Assembly: GCA_051531975.1 (NCBI GenBank)
Contig: JAOPTT010000002.1
Coordinates: forward strand, 601,968-665,967
Direction of reading: 5' to 3'
Source: Spirochaetaceae bacterium
Lineage (GTDB): Bacteria; Spirochaetota; Spirochaetia; DSM-2461
DNA: 64,000 bases
In this document: piece after piece, positions 9,969 to 20,511 of the stretch
Layout of the letters: the number at the start of each line of letters is the position of its first letter
Position numbering within the stretch: the stretch's first letter is position 1
Notes under the pieces: model-generated
Seen by the model: the letters and a program-made list of their open reading frames with translations, nothing else
What the model was told of the DNA's origin: nothing
Databases searched by the model: none
Translations under genes and position numbers: made by a program

Positions 9969-10730
9969 CTACCAACCCATATCAAATAGCCAATTTGTAA
10001 GCTTTCTCTCTCTCTCTTTTAAGTGTACCTCATTTTTATCAGATTTACCTAAATTCAATTCACCTTCAATAATTCCATCATTCAAGAAGATAACTCTTTC
10101 TGTTTGTGCAGCAACTTTTGCATCATGAGTTACTAACATTATAGTTTTTCCAGCTTCGTTTATATCTGTGAGAATATCAATTATCTGTTTAGCAGAGCTT
10201 GAGTTAAGAGCTCCTGTAGGTTCATCTCCAAATATGATATCCGGTTCATTAATTAAGGATCTACAAATAGCAGCTCGTTGTAATTGTCCACCAGAGACCT
10301 GTGTTATGTCATTATCACTTAGTTCCCTAATTCCTGTCATAGTCATAAGATCTAAAGCCCTCTTTTTAACTTCAGCTCTGGTGCTAATTTTTGATTTATA
10401 ACCTGAAACAAGTATATTATCTAATATGTCCAGGTTCTTTAGCAGATGTGAGTTCTGAAATATGAAACCCATTTTATTAAGTCGAAATACTGACATCTCA
10501 TTTTCAGAAAAAACATTGATCTCTTTATTATTAAAAAAGACACTTCCTGATGTTATTTTATCCATTCCACTTACGTTGTATAACAGTGTAGATTTCCCAG
10601 AACCAGACGGACCCATTACTGTAACAAACTCACCTTTTTTTATCTTTAAATTGATATTTCTTAATACGTGATTTTGTTTTTTATTAACTACATATGTTTT
10701 ACATAAATCTTTAGTTTCAATTATATTCAT
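9969..10730 (-). CDS. ABC transporter ATP-binding protein (MacB/LolD-like)
   Basis: GPSGSGKS Walker A, VSGGQLQR signature, DEPTGAL, VTHD. Confidence 0.95.
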   Translation of the reverse strand: MNIIETKDLCKTYVVNKKQNHVLRNINLKIKKGEFVTVMGPSGSGKSTLLYNVSGMDKITSGSVFFNNKEINVFSENEMSVFRLNKMGFIFQNSHLLKNLDILDNILVSGYKSKISTRAEVKKRALDLMTMTGIRELSDNDITQVSGGQLQRAAICRSLINEPDIIFGDEPTGALNSSSAKQIIDILTDINEAGKTIMLVTHDAKVAAQTERVIFLNDGIIEGELNLGKSDKNEVHLKERERKLTNWLFDMGW

Positions 10731-10742
10731 TGTCTGTCTCCT

Positions 10743-13079
10743 CTATTCGGCTTGTAATTTAGTTATTGAAATATCTTGAATTGATAATGTACTCAAAAAT
10801 ATTGTTACAAAAACTGATATAAAAAATATTGTAGGGTATAAAATATATGATAATAACGGATTTATAATGAAGCGTATTTCTGAAATACCTCTTCCGGATA
10901 AAACCCCACCCATTATAGATGAGCCTAGTGTATTTGCTAAAATTGAACCAAATATTAGACCACCTAGTAATATAATAAAACCTCTCGTAATATACTGCTT
11001 TTGTATATCCCATTTCTTAAACCCTAAACTTTTCATTATAGCAATTTGATCAAACTCTTTAGCTGTTAACATTTTAATAAAAAGAGATGATATAAGTATA
11101 GAAATACAAATTGATATCGTAAGCGCTATAAATGTTAATAGTTCTAACTGCTCCAATGTTGACCCAAAAGTTTCATCAATATATCCGTCTAGACTTGTTA
11201 TTTTTGCATTTGGGAATCTATTTTCAAAACCTTTGATTTTTGATTTGTTATTCTCCAAAACATTTAACTGAATCATATACCACATAACTAAATCATGGTC
11301 AGGTTGAATCTTTGCTCTAGCTGTTTTCCCACCATTGGTAATATCTTGATATATACCCGTTACAACCAATTTTTTAATTTCACCGGATATTTCTAGTAAG
11401 AGATATTCTCCTACACCTATATCTAAATCCTGTGCAGTAAGTGATGATATAGAGATCTCATTTATTAACATGGGATTTGATCCTCTGCTATAAATTACAG
11501 GGAATGTATTTATATCACCTGATTCAACAAGAAGATCCTCTTCTTCTCCATTTTTTAGAGTAATTATATATCTACAAATTATTCGCCTGGCAAACTCTGT
11601 AACATCTGGATCAGACTGTATATCTTTAAGGATAGATTCGAAGTCTGTTTTCATAGTATCACTCTGTCTTACATTTATTAAAACATCACTTTTACCCATC
11701 CCCATATAGGATACAAAGTTAGGGGATTTAATTGTGGTGTAGAAGTTTAATGGTAGAATAACTATAAAAACAGCTATTACAAACAGAAAGAATATTAGAC
11801 CATATGATTTTGACTTTAATACAACATCTTTTAGTGCTAATAACATATCGATGCTTAAAACTTTACTATTTTTTAATGAAAACAACTTTCTATTTTTATA
11901 TGTTTCACCACTATTACCAAGTCTTATAGCATCCACAGCTGAAATTCTTTTAAATCTTCTTAGGGTTAAGTAGCAAAAAAACAGAATAAGGCAAAAAACA
12001 AGTATAACAGCCAATACAGGAATAATTATCCCAGCTTCTGTCTTTTCTGAAGTTCCAAAATATAACAGAATATTTGACGATAACAAACTATTTACTTTAA
12101 ATGATATGACATAACCAATAATACATGCAAATAAAGATTCAATAAAATACTTCATCATGTACATTTTCATTATCTCAAAATATTTGAACCCGATTGCTTT
12201 CATAACTCCGATCTCTTTATAGTCTTCTTCAATGGTTGATAAAATTGTATACCTAATACATAGCACAGCAATTATTATTAAAAGAAAACTTATTAAAATT
12301 ATGACTGAAGCAATTAAACCATCAGTTAGTGCATTCATAACCTTAAATAGATTATAATCTACTGCTGGTCCTTTTTTAGGAAGATCTGAAGAACTATAGA
12401 TTTTAGAAAATTCCGAAATGTCTTCTCTATTATTGAGTGTAAATGAGATCAAAAATTCTATTCCATCTGAGTATTCTTCTAGATCATTAAAGTCCTTATC
12501 GCTTAATAACAGTCTTTTGGTACTTATTATTGATGGACCCATCAGAGCATCTCGACTAAATGATTTAATGCTGTATATTTTATTTAATCCTTCAGCTTGA
12601 TTAATCTCTAAACTATCTCCAACCTTAAGTTCGTATTTCTCCATGAAAAAAAGTGGTATCGAAATCTCACCAGGACTTAAATGAATTGGCTTGTTTTGGA
12701 GATCTAATAATAGATCAAATCTTGGGTTCTGCCTTACAAATGCTAACTCAATAACATCATCTTTTAATGGCTCCGTACTATTACTAAACCAGACAGATGA
12801 ACCTTTAATATGAATCATTTTACTGACTTGTTTATCACTAATTAAACTACTGTTTGAAGCCCAGGAGTTAATCTCATTTATATCGATATCCCCTTGATGT
12901 TGCTGGAGAAAATCAGGAACTTTTGCTTTATCAAATAAGTTATCCACCGAGCTAGTTAAATCTAATATTAAATTGACTCCACTAGACATAAATAGGGATG
13001 AAATAACAATAAAAGCAAAAAGTGTGATTGTTATGACTTTTTTTCGTTTAAAATCTTTTTTAAGCATTTTAATATACAT
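10743..13079 (-). CDS. FtsX/MacB-like ABC permease (tandem FtsX repeats)
   Basis: Two repeats with EIGVMKAIGF / QIAIMKSLGF motifs, large extracytoplasmic loops, multiple TM helices. Confidence 0.9.
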   Translation of the reverse strand: MYIKMLKKDFKRKKVITITLFAFIVISSLFMSSGVNLILDLTSSVDNLFDKAKVPDFLQQHQGDIDINEINSWASNSSLISDKQVSKMIHIKGSSVWFSNSTEPLKDDVIELAFVRQNPRFDLLLDLQNKPIHLSPGEISIPLFFMEKYELKVGDSLEINQAEGLNKIYSIKSFSRDALMGPSIISTKRLLLSDKDFNDLEEYSDGIEFLISFTLNNREDISEFSKIYSSSDLPKKGPAVDYNLFKVMNALTDGLIASVIILISFLLIIIAVLCIRYTILSTIEEDYKEIGVMKAIGFKYFEIMKMYMMKYFIESLFACIIGYVISFKVNSLLSSNILLYFGTSEKTEAGIIIPVLAVILVFCLILFFCYLTLRRFKRISAVDAIRLGNSGETYKNRKLFSLKNSKVLSIDMLLALKDVVLKSKSYGLIFFLFVIAVFIVILPLNFYTTIKSPNFVSYMGMGKSDVLINVRQSDTMKTDFESILKDIQSDPDVTEFARRIICRYIITLKNGEEEDLLVESGDINTFPVIYSRGSNPMLINEISISSLTAQDLDIGVGEYLLLEISGEIKKLVVTGIYQDITNGGKTARAKIQPDHDLVMWYMIQLNVLENNKSKIKGFENRFPNAKITSLDGYIDETFGSTLEQLELLTFIALTISICISILISSLFIKMLTAKEFDQIAIMKSLGFKKWDIQKQYITRGFIILLGGLIFGSILANTLGSSIMGGVLSGRGISEIRFIINPLLSYILYPTIFFISVFVTIFLSTLSIQDISITKLQAE

Positions 13080-13090
13080 ATCTATATCCT

Positions 13091-15010
13091 TTATTTAAAA
13101 ATATACTTAGAAACAGTAATATTTGCTGACCAACCTGGATTTGACTCTCTAACCGCATTCCAAGATAAATCTGCTTCTATTCCTAACTCAATATCAAAAG
13201 GTAACATTAATGCTATACCCAACCCACTTCCATGGTAAAAATTAGTGTCTACAACATCTAAAAAGATATCATGTTTTACAAAAACCAAAAATGTATCGCT
13301 TAGTATATCATAGTTAAAATCAAGGTTTAGTATAACGGCATTATCAGATCGGTATTCTGATTCAAGATAACCACTAAGACGTGGCCCTTCTCCTAGAAGA
13401 TCACTTGCTCCTATCTCCCACTTTTCAGATTCGTATAAGTTTATCCCTGCGTAGTGACCAATAGATAGGGATATAAAACTTCTATCAACTGGTTTAAAAT
13501 CATAACTTAATACATTTTTAAACTTTCCAGCTGGTGACTCATCGTGGGTATAGAGGTTTTCGGAATATCCCCAAGATTCAAAATTTGGTTTGTAAATTAT
13601 TGATGAATTAGAAAGAAATGAAAATCCAACAGTTGATCCAAATGCTCCAGGAAGTGATGATTCTTTAGTTGTTAAAGAGAATTCCATATCACCAGTATAG
13701 GTATAATTGTTTTCTGGAGTTATAAATCCATCTGTACTACCCTCAAAATCAGTTATAGAGATATTATGATTTGTTGATAGTGTTACCCCAAAATCAGAAG
13801 TTTTAATAATACTTAGAGAGATGTTTGTCATAGGTGTTGTGACACCCCAATCTGTTTCAACTCCGTTCTCAATAAAAGTATATGGATTTGATATAAACAG
13901 ACTATCGGCATGTAATTTAAAGTTGAATGGTAGGGATAGATTCTCTTTTATCGTATAGTCAATTCCCAAAAAAATACCTGCTGTAATTAAAATAAACTCA
14001 TTCCCAGTACCTAAGAAGTTACTATCAGAAAATAGGTATAGGGGTGCTCCTGAATAATTAATATCATCAGAATTTGTATTTGTTCCTCGTATGTTTCCAA
14101 GAAATGCATGAACCTTTGTATTATCTTCATTTAAAGTTAATTTTAGATTTACAAGATCATCTGTTTTTGAAGACTCAATCTGAACAGAGTTAATAGATGG
14201 CATCTTTTCAATTAGATCGATTATTTTCTGTTTAATCTCAAAATTATAGATTTCTCCCTCTAACTCTTTAACTAATGCATATGTTTTAGTAATCTTGGTT
14301 TTTAAATTATCATCTATACTAATTTCACCAATTTTTAGACCTTCATTTACAATAGTTATCTCTTTATAGTTCTCGTTTGCTTGATAATGATATGGATTTA
14401 ACTGAATTACCCTTACATAATAATCCTTTGCTTTAACATGATCCTCTTTCATAAAATAATAGTCACCCATTAGATATAAAACATCTGGATTATTAGGATA
14501 TTCAGATTCTAATTCCATAAGCTTTTTTAGGCCAACTTTTTCATTACCACCTGCAACTTCAGGAAAGAATATCAATGAAAAAACCTCTAAGATTCTAGTA
14601 TCAATACTTTTAGGATCTAGTTCTACAGAGAGTTTAAAATATTTCTCCTTTTCTTTTGAATTAGATAACAGAGTAGCCAAATCAATAATTCTTGCTTCAT
14701 ATAACTTTGCTAGCCTGTAATAATTTACAGCAGGATTAATTCCCTCATTAGCTAAAGCCTTTATTTCCGGTATAGCTAAAGATATTATATTCTCGATTTT
14801 AGACTGAGGTGCAGATGTCTGTTGTAAAACCCAAAAGTAAGAATATAATAAATCTGCTTTTTCAACTCGATCTTCCCACTTTTCCCCAGAAATATACTCA
14901 CGTAATTCTTCTGCTTTATATTGAGTTCTAAGAACTTCAATTTCTGTTGCAGATGTGGAAAGCATTACATTAAAAAATAGACATACACATAAAATTTTTA
15001 TACTTTTCAT
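13091..15010 (-). CDS. Secreted TPR + single POTRA-like + Omp85/BamA-like beta-barrel protein
   Basis: Signal peptide; TPR helices (YPNNPDVLYLMGDYYF...QLNPYH); POTRA-like IGEISIDDNLKTK...VNLKLTLNE; barrel motifs DSNFLGTG, RLSGY (VRGY-like), GSGLGIAL, penultimate Phe. Confidence 0.65.
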   Translation of the reverse strand: MKSIKILCVCLFFNVMLSTSATEIEVLRTQYKAEELREYISGEKWEDRVEKADLLYSYFWVLQQTSAPQSKIENIISLAIPEIKALANEGINPAVNYYRLAKLYEARIIDLATLLSNSKEKEKYFKLSVELDPKSIDTRILEVFSLIFFPEVAGGNEKVGLKKLMELESEYPNNPDVLYLMGDYYFMKEDHVKAKDYYVRVIQLNPYHYQANENYKEITIVNEGLKIGEISIDDNLKTKITKTYALVKELEGEIYNFEIKQKIIDLIEKMPSINSVQIESSKTDDLVNLKLTLNEDNTKVHAFLGNIRGTNTNSDDINYSGAPLYLFSDSNFLGTGNEFILITAGIFLGIDYTIKENLSLPFNFKLHADSLFISNPYTFIENGVETDWGVTTPMTNISLSIIKTSDFGVTLSTNHNISITDFEGSTDGFITPENNYTYTGDMEFSLTTKESSLPGAFGSTVGFSFLSNSSIIYKPNFESWGYSENLYTHDESPAGKFKNVLSYDFKPVDRSFISLSIGHYAGINLYESEKWEIGASDLLGEGPRLSGYLESEYRSDNAVILNLDFNYDILSDTFLVFVKHDIFLDVVDTNFYHGSGLGIALMLPFDIELGIEADLSWNAVRESNPGWSANITVSKYIFK

Positions 15011-15119
15011 AGCATAACTCCTTAATTATAAATTAGTATAAAATACCAATTCTAAAGAAATCCTTAACTATGAAAACTTTTTATGTAAATCTGGATTTTC
15101 TAAGCACTAAAGAGATTTA

Positions 15120-15148
15120 TTGCCAAATATCATAAGTGCCCTTATTAT
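15120..15148 (+). promoter_or_regulatory. Promoter giving a probable leaderless transcript of the sensor kinase
   Basis: TTGCCA-17-TATTAT, 5 nt before ATG 15154, no SD. Confidence 0.55.
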
Positions 15149-15153
15149 GACTT

Positions 15154-17046
15154 ATGAGAATTCGCTATAAGTTAATTATACTAATGTTATTTTATATTAT
15201 TGGTATCTCCACTGTCGCTGTTATGTCTATACAAAGTAGGATTAAAGCAGAAGAGATCCAGAACTCAATAAATCTAGGTGCAGAACTTCAGATAAAATCA
15301 AGGGAAGTTCAAAGCCACATGAAGGATATAGTTTTTGATCTATTTTCCCCAAAGATGTATAACCAGATTAGATCTTTAACATTTTCACCTAGGTCCGCTG
15401 TTACTATAAAACAGTTCCAAGAATCCGTTATGTTATATAGACAAACTTTTGATCAATTCATGAAGTTGGATCATTTTTTTAGGGAAGAAAATGAATTAAT
15501 TAGGGACCAATATTTTACTGCAATAACAATGAATGAACGGGCAATGAAAATGTTGTCTAGTATGGAAGAGACTTTAGTTATATTACGTAGTCAGTATAGA
15601 ACTGTTGATAATTTATATAACGAAATGCAAAAAGAGGAGTCACTTAGTCCTTTTTTTAATGAGTTTCAGGAGACATCCTATTATTTCAAGAATAGCTTTG
15701 AAAGTTTTATGAACTATTTTATAGATTCAATTAGAGAAGAAGGTAGAGATATACAGGTAAGAATGGATCTAATGTTTATCTTTACATCATTATTCATATT
15801 AGTAGTCTCTTTAATTTTTACCCTACTACTCTCTAAAGACCTTGTTGGAAAATTAAAGAAAGTAGAAACTTCGTTTAGGATGATGTCTAAGGGTAACTTC
15901 TCCTTTAAGGTAGATATACACTCTAAAGATGAGTTTGGGACTCTTGCTGAAACATTTAACGAGCTAGTATTTGATTTAAAGGAAAATGTTAACAGTATTC
16001 TTAATTTAACTAGGGATATAGGGAGTTTTATATCTGATAAATCTGATGTGGATGAATTATACGATCTAGTAGCACTTGCTATTATCCAGGATACAGCCGC
16101 CGATGTAGTACTTGTTTTAAGGAATGAAAAAGATGGTACATTTGTTAAAGAAGCACAAAAGGGTCAGTTGTTAACAGAGTCTGAAGAGAGTAAAATAATA
16201 ACCTATATAACAAAACAAATAACTCCACATAATAGACAAATTTACATTAAAGATGCTTCAGATGTATTAGAATTAAGTAATATAAATTCAATTCTTGCAG
16301 TACCACTTATTGTTGGAGGCAAATCTTTTGGATATTTAATATCAATTAAACGGACAGCTGGAGAATATTTCTCAGATCTTGGTTTTACCCGTCTTGCAAC
16401 ATTTGCAGAATATGCGTCTTTAACCATAGATAATTATTTTAAGTATCAGGAATTATTAGAAAGAAGAGATGCAAAATATCAGGCATTACAGTCCCAGGTT
16501 CAACCTCACTTTTTATATAATGTTCTTGGAGTTATTTTAGGACTAAATAGAACTGGCGAAACAGAAAAGATAACAGAAACAGTTACTGCACTTAAAGATA
16601 TGTTAAGGTATATACAATCCCAGAATAGCTGGACATCCCTAGAAGAGGAGTGTCAATTTATAGATCAGTACTGCATTTTACAAAAGATTAGATTTGGAGA
16701 TCGTATATCATATTCCATAACAATGGATGACAATGCTAGACATTTTCAGATTCCTAGACTTCTGCTACAGCCATTAATTGAAAACTCAATAATACATGGT
16801 TTAGAACCCCTAGAAGAAGGTGGAAGGTTAGAAATTTTATGTGAATCTACAAGACTCCGTGGGGAAAAAGGTATAACAGTTTATATAAAAGATAACGGTA
16901 TTGGATTTGATTCAGAGAATATGGATAGGAAAATGAATGTTGGATTATTAAATGTTGGGCAGAGATTAAAAATTGTATATCCTGAGTCTATTTTTTCCAT
17001 AAATAGTAAACTTGGAGAAGGAACAACTGTAAGGATTGATATATGA
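15154..17046 (+). CDS. YesM/LytS-type sensor histidine kinase with HAMP and GAF-like domains
   Basis: ALQSQVQPHFLYNVL, IPRLLLQPLIENSIIHG, KDNGIG; HAMP motif SKDEFGTLAETFN. Confidence 0.9.
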   Translation: MRIRYKLIILMLFYIIGISTVAVMSIQSRIKAEEIQNSINLGAELQIKSREVQSHMKDIVFDLFSPKMYNQIRSLTFSPRSAVTIKQFQESVMLYRQTFDQFMKLDHFFREENELIRDQYFTAITMNERAMKMLSSMEETLVILRSQYRTVDNLYNEMQKEESLSPFFNEFQETSYYFKNSFESFMNYFIDSIREEGRDIQVRMDLMFIFTSLFILVVSLIFTLLLSKDLVGKLKKVETSFRMMSKGNFSFKVDIHSKDEFGTLAETFNELVFDLKENVNSILNLTRDIGSFISDKSDVDELYDLVALAIIQDTAADVVLVLRNEKDGTFVKEAQKGQLLTESEESKIITYITKQITPHNRQIYIKDASDVLELSNINSILAVPLIVGGKSFGYLISIKRTAGEYFSDLGFTRLATFAEYASLTIDNYFKYQELLERRDAKYQALQSQVQPHFLYNVLGVILGLNRTGETEKITETVTALKDMLRYIQSQNSWTSLEEECQFIDQYCILQKIRFGDRISYSITMDDNARHFQIPRLLLQPLIENSIIHGLEPLEEGGRLEILCESTRLRGEKGITVYIKDNGIGFDSENMDRKMNVGLLNVGQRLKIVYPESIFSINSKLGEGTTVRIDI

Positions 17047-17744
17047 AAATATTAATTGCCGACGATGAAGAGTACGTTAGAATTGAATTACACGCCTTAT
17101 TAGTAGAACTGGTACCACGTGCTATTATTGAGGAAGTAGAAAATGGGAGCAAACTTGAAGAGTTTTTAAATAAAAACCAGTATCAAATAGTATTTGTAGA
17201 TATAAAAATGCCAGGGCCATCTGGGTTAGAGGTTTTAGAGAGAGTAAATGTAAAAAATACACTTTTTGTTATTCTTTCAGGATATTCAGAATTTGAGTAT
17301 GCAAAGAAAGCAGTTAGCCTTGGTGTTTCAGAATATATGTTAAAGCCTATAACTAAAAAAGATCTGGCTGAAGTATTAAAAAAAGTTATGCCTTCTTTAC
17401 AAGTATACGAAGATGATGAAAATGTTAATAACAAATTAATCCAGGATACTGAAAAATTAATATATAGACGTTATAAAGAACAGATAGGTGTATCCCAATT
17501 AGCTACAGAATTAAATGTATCCCCCAATTATCTAAGTTCACAGTTCAAAAAAAATAAAAACCAGACTCTTACTAGTTATATAACAGATCTTAGACTTAAA
17601 ACTGCTAAAGAGATGTTATTACTCCCTGGAGCGTCTGTAAAAGAGATATCTTTTAACCTTGGTTATCAAAGTAGTCGTCATTTTGCCAGATTATTCAGAG
17701 AGAAATACAACCAGTCTCCTTCTGAGTTCATGAAAAATAGTTAA
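17043..17744 (+). CDS. YesN-like response regulator (REC + AraC HTH)
   Basis: LIADDE, VDIKMPG, LSGYSEFEYAKKA; AraC HTH SPNYLS...GYQSSRHFARLF. Confidence 0.93.
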   Translation: MKILIADDEEYVRIELHALLVELVPRAIIEEVENGSKLEEFLNKNQYQIVFVDIKMPGPSGLEVLERVNVKNTLFVILSGYSEFEYAKKAVSLGVSEYMLKPITKKDLAEVLKKVMPSLQVYEDDENVNNKLIQDTEKLIYRRYKEQIGVSQLATELNVSPNYLSSQFKKNKNQTLTSYITDLRLKTAKEMLLLPGASVKEISFNLGYQSSRHFARLFREKYNQSPSEFMKNS

Positions 17745-17861
17745 TTTATGTTTATTTATTTCATAATCGTAGAATTTGACCACATTCTGTAGTTAACAGT
17801 CCTAACTGCTTTTTCAGATGCAGAGCTACAATTAGATATAAAGAAAAAAGGAAGGAAGTAG

Positions 17862-18875
17862 ATGAAGAAAATTTTACTAATGTTACTTGCACTAACTGTA
17901 GTTACAGGTATTTTTGCCAATGGTCAAAAAGAAGAGGCTAAAGAAGATCAGCCTTTAAAAATTGTTTTACTTGTAAAGAGTTTAGGAAACGGTTTTTTTG
18001 AAGCAGTCGCCGATGGTGGTGTTGAAGCAGCTAAAGAGTTAGGAAATGTAGAGTCAATTTACATGGGACCAAGTTCGGCAACAGCTGAGGGACAAATTGA
18101 TATTATTGAAACACTTATAGCACAACGTGTTGATGGTATAGCAATTTCTGCAAACGATAGAGATGCACTTAAACCAGTAACTAAAAAAGCAATGGCTGCC
18201 GGTATTAAAGTAATGTCTTTTGATTCTGGTATTAACCCAGGTGGTAGAATTGTAGACCTTATTCCTTCTGATGCTGAGTTAATTGGTAGACAACAGGTTC
18301 AACTAATCGCAGAACTTTGTGATTACAAAGGTAAAGTTGGAATTGTATCAGCAACAGCTCAAGCAACTAACCAGAACATGTGGATTGAATGGATGAAAAA
18401 AGAATTTATGGATCCTGCATATGCCGATATGGAATTAGTTGATGTTACTTATGGTGATGATGCAGCTGATAAAAGTTATAGAGAAGCAGTAGGACTTATG
18501 CAAAAATATCCTGATTTAGCGGGTATTATTTCACCTACAACAGTTGGTGTTCTTGCGGCAGCTAAAGCAATCGAAGACGAAGGAATGCAAGGTAAGGTTC
18601 AGTTAACTGGTCTTGGTCTTCCATCAGAAATGCAGCACTATGTAGAAAATGGAACATGTGGTCAAATGGCTTTATGGAACCCAATAGACTTAGGTTATAC
18701 TTCTACAATGATTCTTGAAGCTCTGATTACTGGTAAAGTTGAAGGTAAAGTTGGAGAACTAGTTCAAGTTGGTAGAATGGGTCAAGTTATGATCGGTGAA
18801 GATGGTGTATCTATAATGGGAACTCCTTTTGTATTCAATAAAGAAAACATCGCAAAATTCGCAGCAATGTTCTAA
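17862..18875 (+). CDS. rhaS: Rhamnose ABC transporter substrate-binding protein
   Basis: LVKSLGNGFF, ATAEGQI, ISPTTVG, LTGLGLPSEM, ALWNPIDLGY typical of RhaS-type SBPs; operon ends in rhaM. Confidence 0.85.
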   Translation: MKKILLMLLALTVVTGIFANGQKEEAKEDQPLKIVLLVKSLGNGFFEAVADGGVEAAKELGNVESIYMGPSSATAEGQIDIIETLIAQRVDGIAISANDRDALKPVTKKAMAAGIKVMSFDSGINPGGRIVDLIPSDAELIGRQQVQLIAELCDYKGKVGIVSATAQATNQNMWIEWMKKEFMDPAYADMELVDVTYGDDAADKSYREAVGLMQKYPDLAGIISPTTVGVLAAAKAIEDEGMQGKVQLTGLGLPSEMQHYVENGTCGQMALWNPIDLGYTSTMILEALITGKVEGKVGELVQVGRMGQVMIGEDGVSIMGTPFVFNKENIAKFAAMF

Positions 18876-18896
18876 TAAAAAATAATACTTAATACT

Positions 18897-18986
18897 TAAA
18901 CAGGTTCTTCAATTGTAAGAACCTGTTTTATCAAAATACCTCTGGATATTACTAAATTATAACCTTTTATAGGTGAGTAATATCCA
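18897..18986 (+). terminator. Tandem intercistronic hairpins after the SBP gene (partial terminator or mRNA stabiliser)
   Basis: AAACAGGTTCTT/AAGAACCTGTTT and TGGATATTACT/AGTAATATCCA inverted repeats. Confidence 0.65.
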
Positions 18987-19008
18987 AATAATTTAAGGAG
19001 TTAAAGTT

Positions 19009-20511
19009 TTGTCTGAGAATATACTACAGCTAAAAGGTGTTACAAAACATTTCCCGGGAATAAAAGCCCTTGATGGGATACACCTAAATATCAGACCGGG
19101 AGAAGTTCATGCCTTAATAGGCGAGAATGGTGCTGGAAAATCAACTCTAGTAAAAATTTTAACTGGAGTATATATACCAACCAATGGAGAGATACTCTTT
19201 AAAGGTGAGAAATATTCAGTAAAGAATGCTATTGAAGCCCAGGAAGCTGGAATTACAGCGATCCACCAGGAAGCTTCTATGTTTCCAGAACTATCAGTAA
19301 TGGAAAATATTTATATGGGACACCATTTAAAACGAAATGGATCTCTAGACTGGCGTGGAATGCGTCAAAAAACAAAAGAGTTACTGGATAAAATTGAATT
19401 AGACATTAAACCAGAAACAGCTATTAAAAATTTGAGTGTAGCACAGAGACATATGGTAGAGATTGCTAAAGCTCTATCTATAGATGCTCAGGTTGTGATT
19501 ATGGACGAACCAACTTCTGCTTTAACACTAAGTGAAGTAGAAGATTTATATAAAATTATTAGACAGTTAAAAAAAGAGAATAAAGCTGTTGTTTTTATCT
19601 CCCATAAATTTGAAGAGATACAGGAGATTTGTGATCACTTTACTGTTCTTCGGGATGGTAAATATATTGGTGAAGGTAAAGTTAAAGAGACAACTTTAGA
19701 CGACATTATTAAAATGATGGTTGGTCGTAGTTTAGATCAGCTGTTTCCAAAACAAGAACTAAAAATAGGATCAACAATTCTAGAAGTTAATAATCTTACC
19801 CGGAATGGATTTTTTAAAGATATCTCATTTAAATTGAATCGAGGTGAAATTTTAGGATTTTTTGGTTTAGTTGGTGCTGGAAGAAGTGAAGTTATGAGGA
19901 CTATTTTTGGTATTGATAAAAAAGATGGTGGTGAAGTCCTATTAAATGGAGAATTTTTAAAAGGATATGATCCTCAACTTTCTATGAAAAAAGGTATCGC
20001 TTTTGTACCTGAGGATAGACAAACTCAAGGTGTTATTCTTGAACAGAGTTTAACTAGCAATATAACACTACCTATTATAGATACAATAAGTAAGTTTGGC
20101 TTTGTAGATACAAAAAAAGAGAAAGAGATTACAAGCACATATGGAAATATGATGGAGATTAGATCTGCAGGATGGCATGTAAACGCAGAAACACTTTCTG
20201 GTGGAAACCAACAAAAAGTTGTACTTGCTAAATGGCTAGCAACAAAACCTGATATTTTGATACTAGACGAACCAACAAAAGGAATTGATGTTGGAACTAA
20301 AGCGGCCATACATGAGTTTATTTCTAAAATGGCAGGGGAAGGTCTAGCTGTAATAATGGTATCTTCTGAACTACCTGAAATCTTAGGAATGAGTGACAGA
20401 GTAATTGTAATGCACGAAGGGAAATTAACAAAAGAGTTTACTCGGCAAGAAGCAAACTCGGATAACGTAATAAAAGCTGCAACAGGTAATATAGAGGAGG
20501 CTTCCAAATGA
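19009..20511 (+). CDS. rhaT: Sugar (rhamnose) ABC transporter ATP-binding protein, CUT2 tandem ATPase
   Basis: GENGAGKST, MDEPT, LSGGNQQK, LDEPTKGIDVG. Confidence 0.88.
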   Translation: MSENILQLKGVTKHFPGIKALDGIHLNIRPGEVHALIGENGAGKSTLVKILTGVYIPTNGEILFKGEKYSVKNAIEAQEAGITAIHQEASMFPELSVMENIYMGHHLKRNGSLDWRGMRQKTKELLDKIELDIKPETAIKNLSVAQRHMVEIAKALSIDAQVVIMDEPTSALTLSEVEDLYKIIRQLKKENKAVVFISHKFEEIQEICDHFTVLRDGKYIGEGKVKETTLDDIIKMMVGRSLDQLFPKQELKIGSTILEVNNLTRNGFFKDISFKLNRGEILGFFGLVGAGRSEVMRTIFGIDKKDGGEVLLNGEFLKGYDPQLSMKKGIAFVPEDRQTQGVILEQSLTSNITLPIIDTISKFGFVDTKKEKEITSTYGNMMEIRSAGWHVNAETLSGGNQQKVVLAKWLATKPDILILDEPTKGIDVGTKAAIHEFISKMAGEGLAVIMVSSELPEILGMSDRVIVMHEGKLTKEFTRQEANSDNVIKAATGNIEEASK

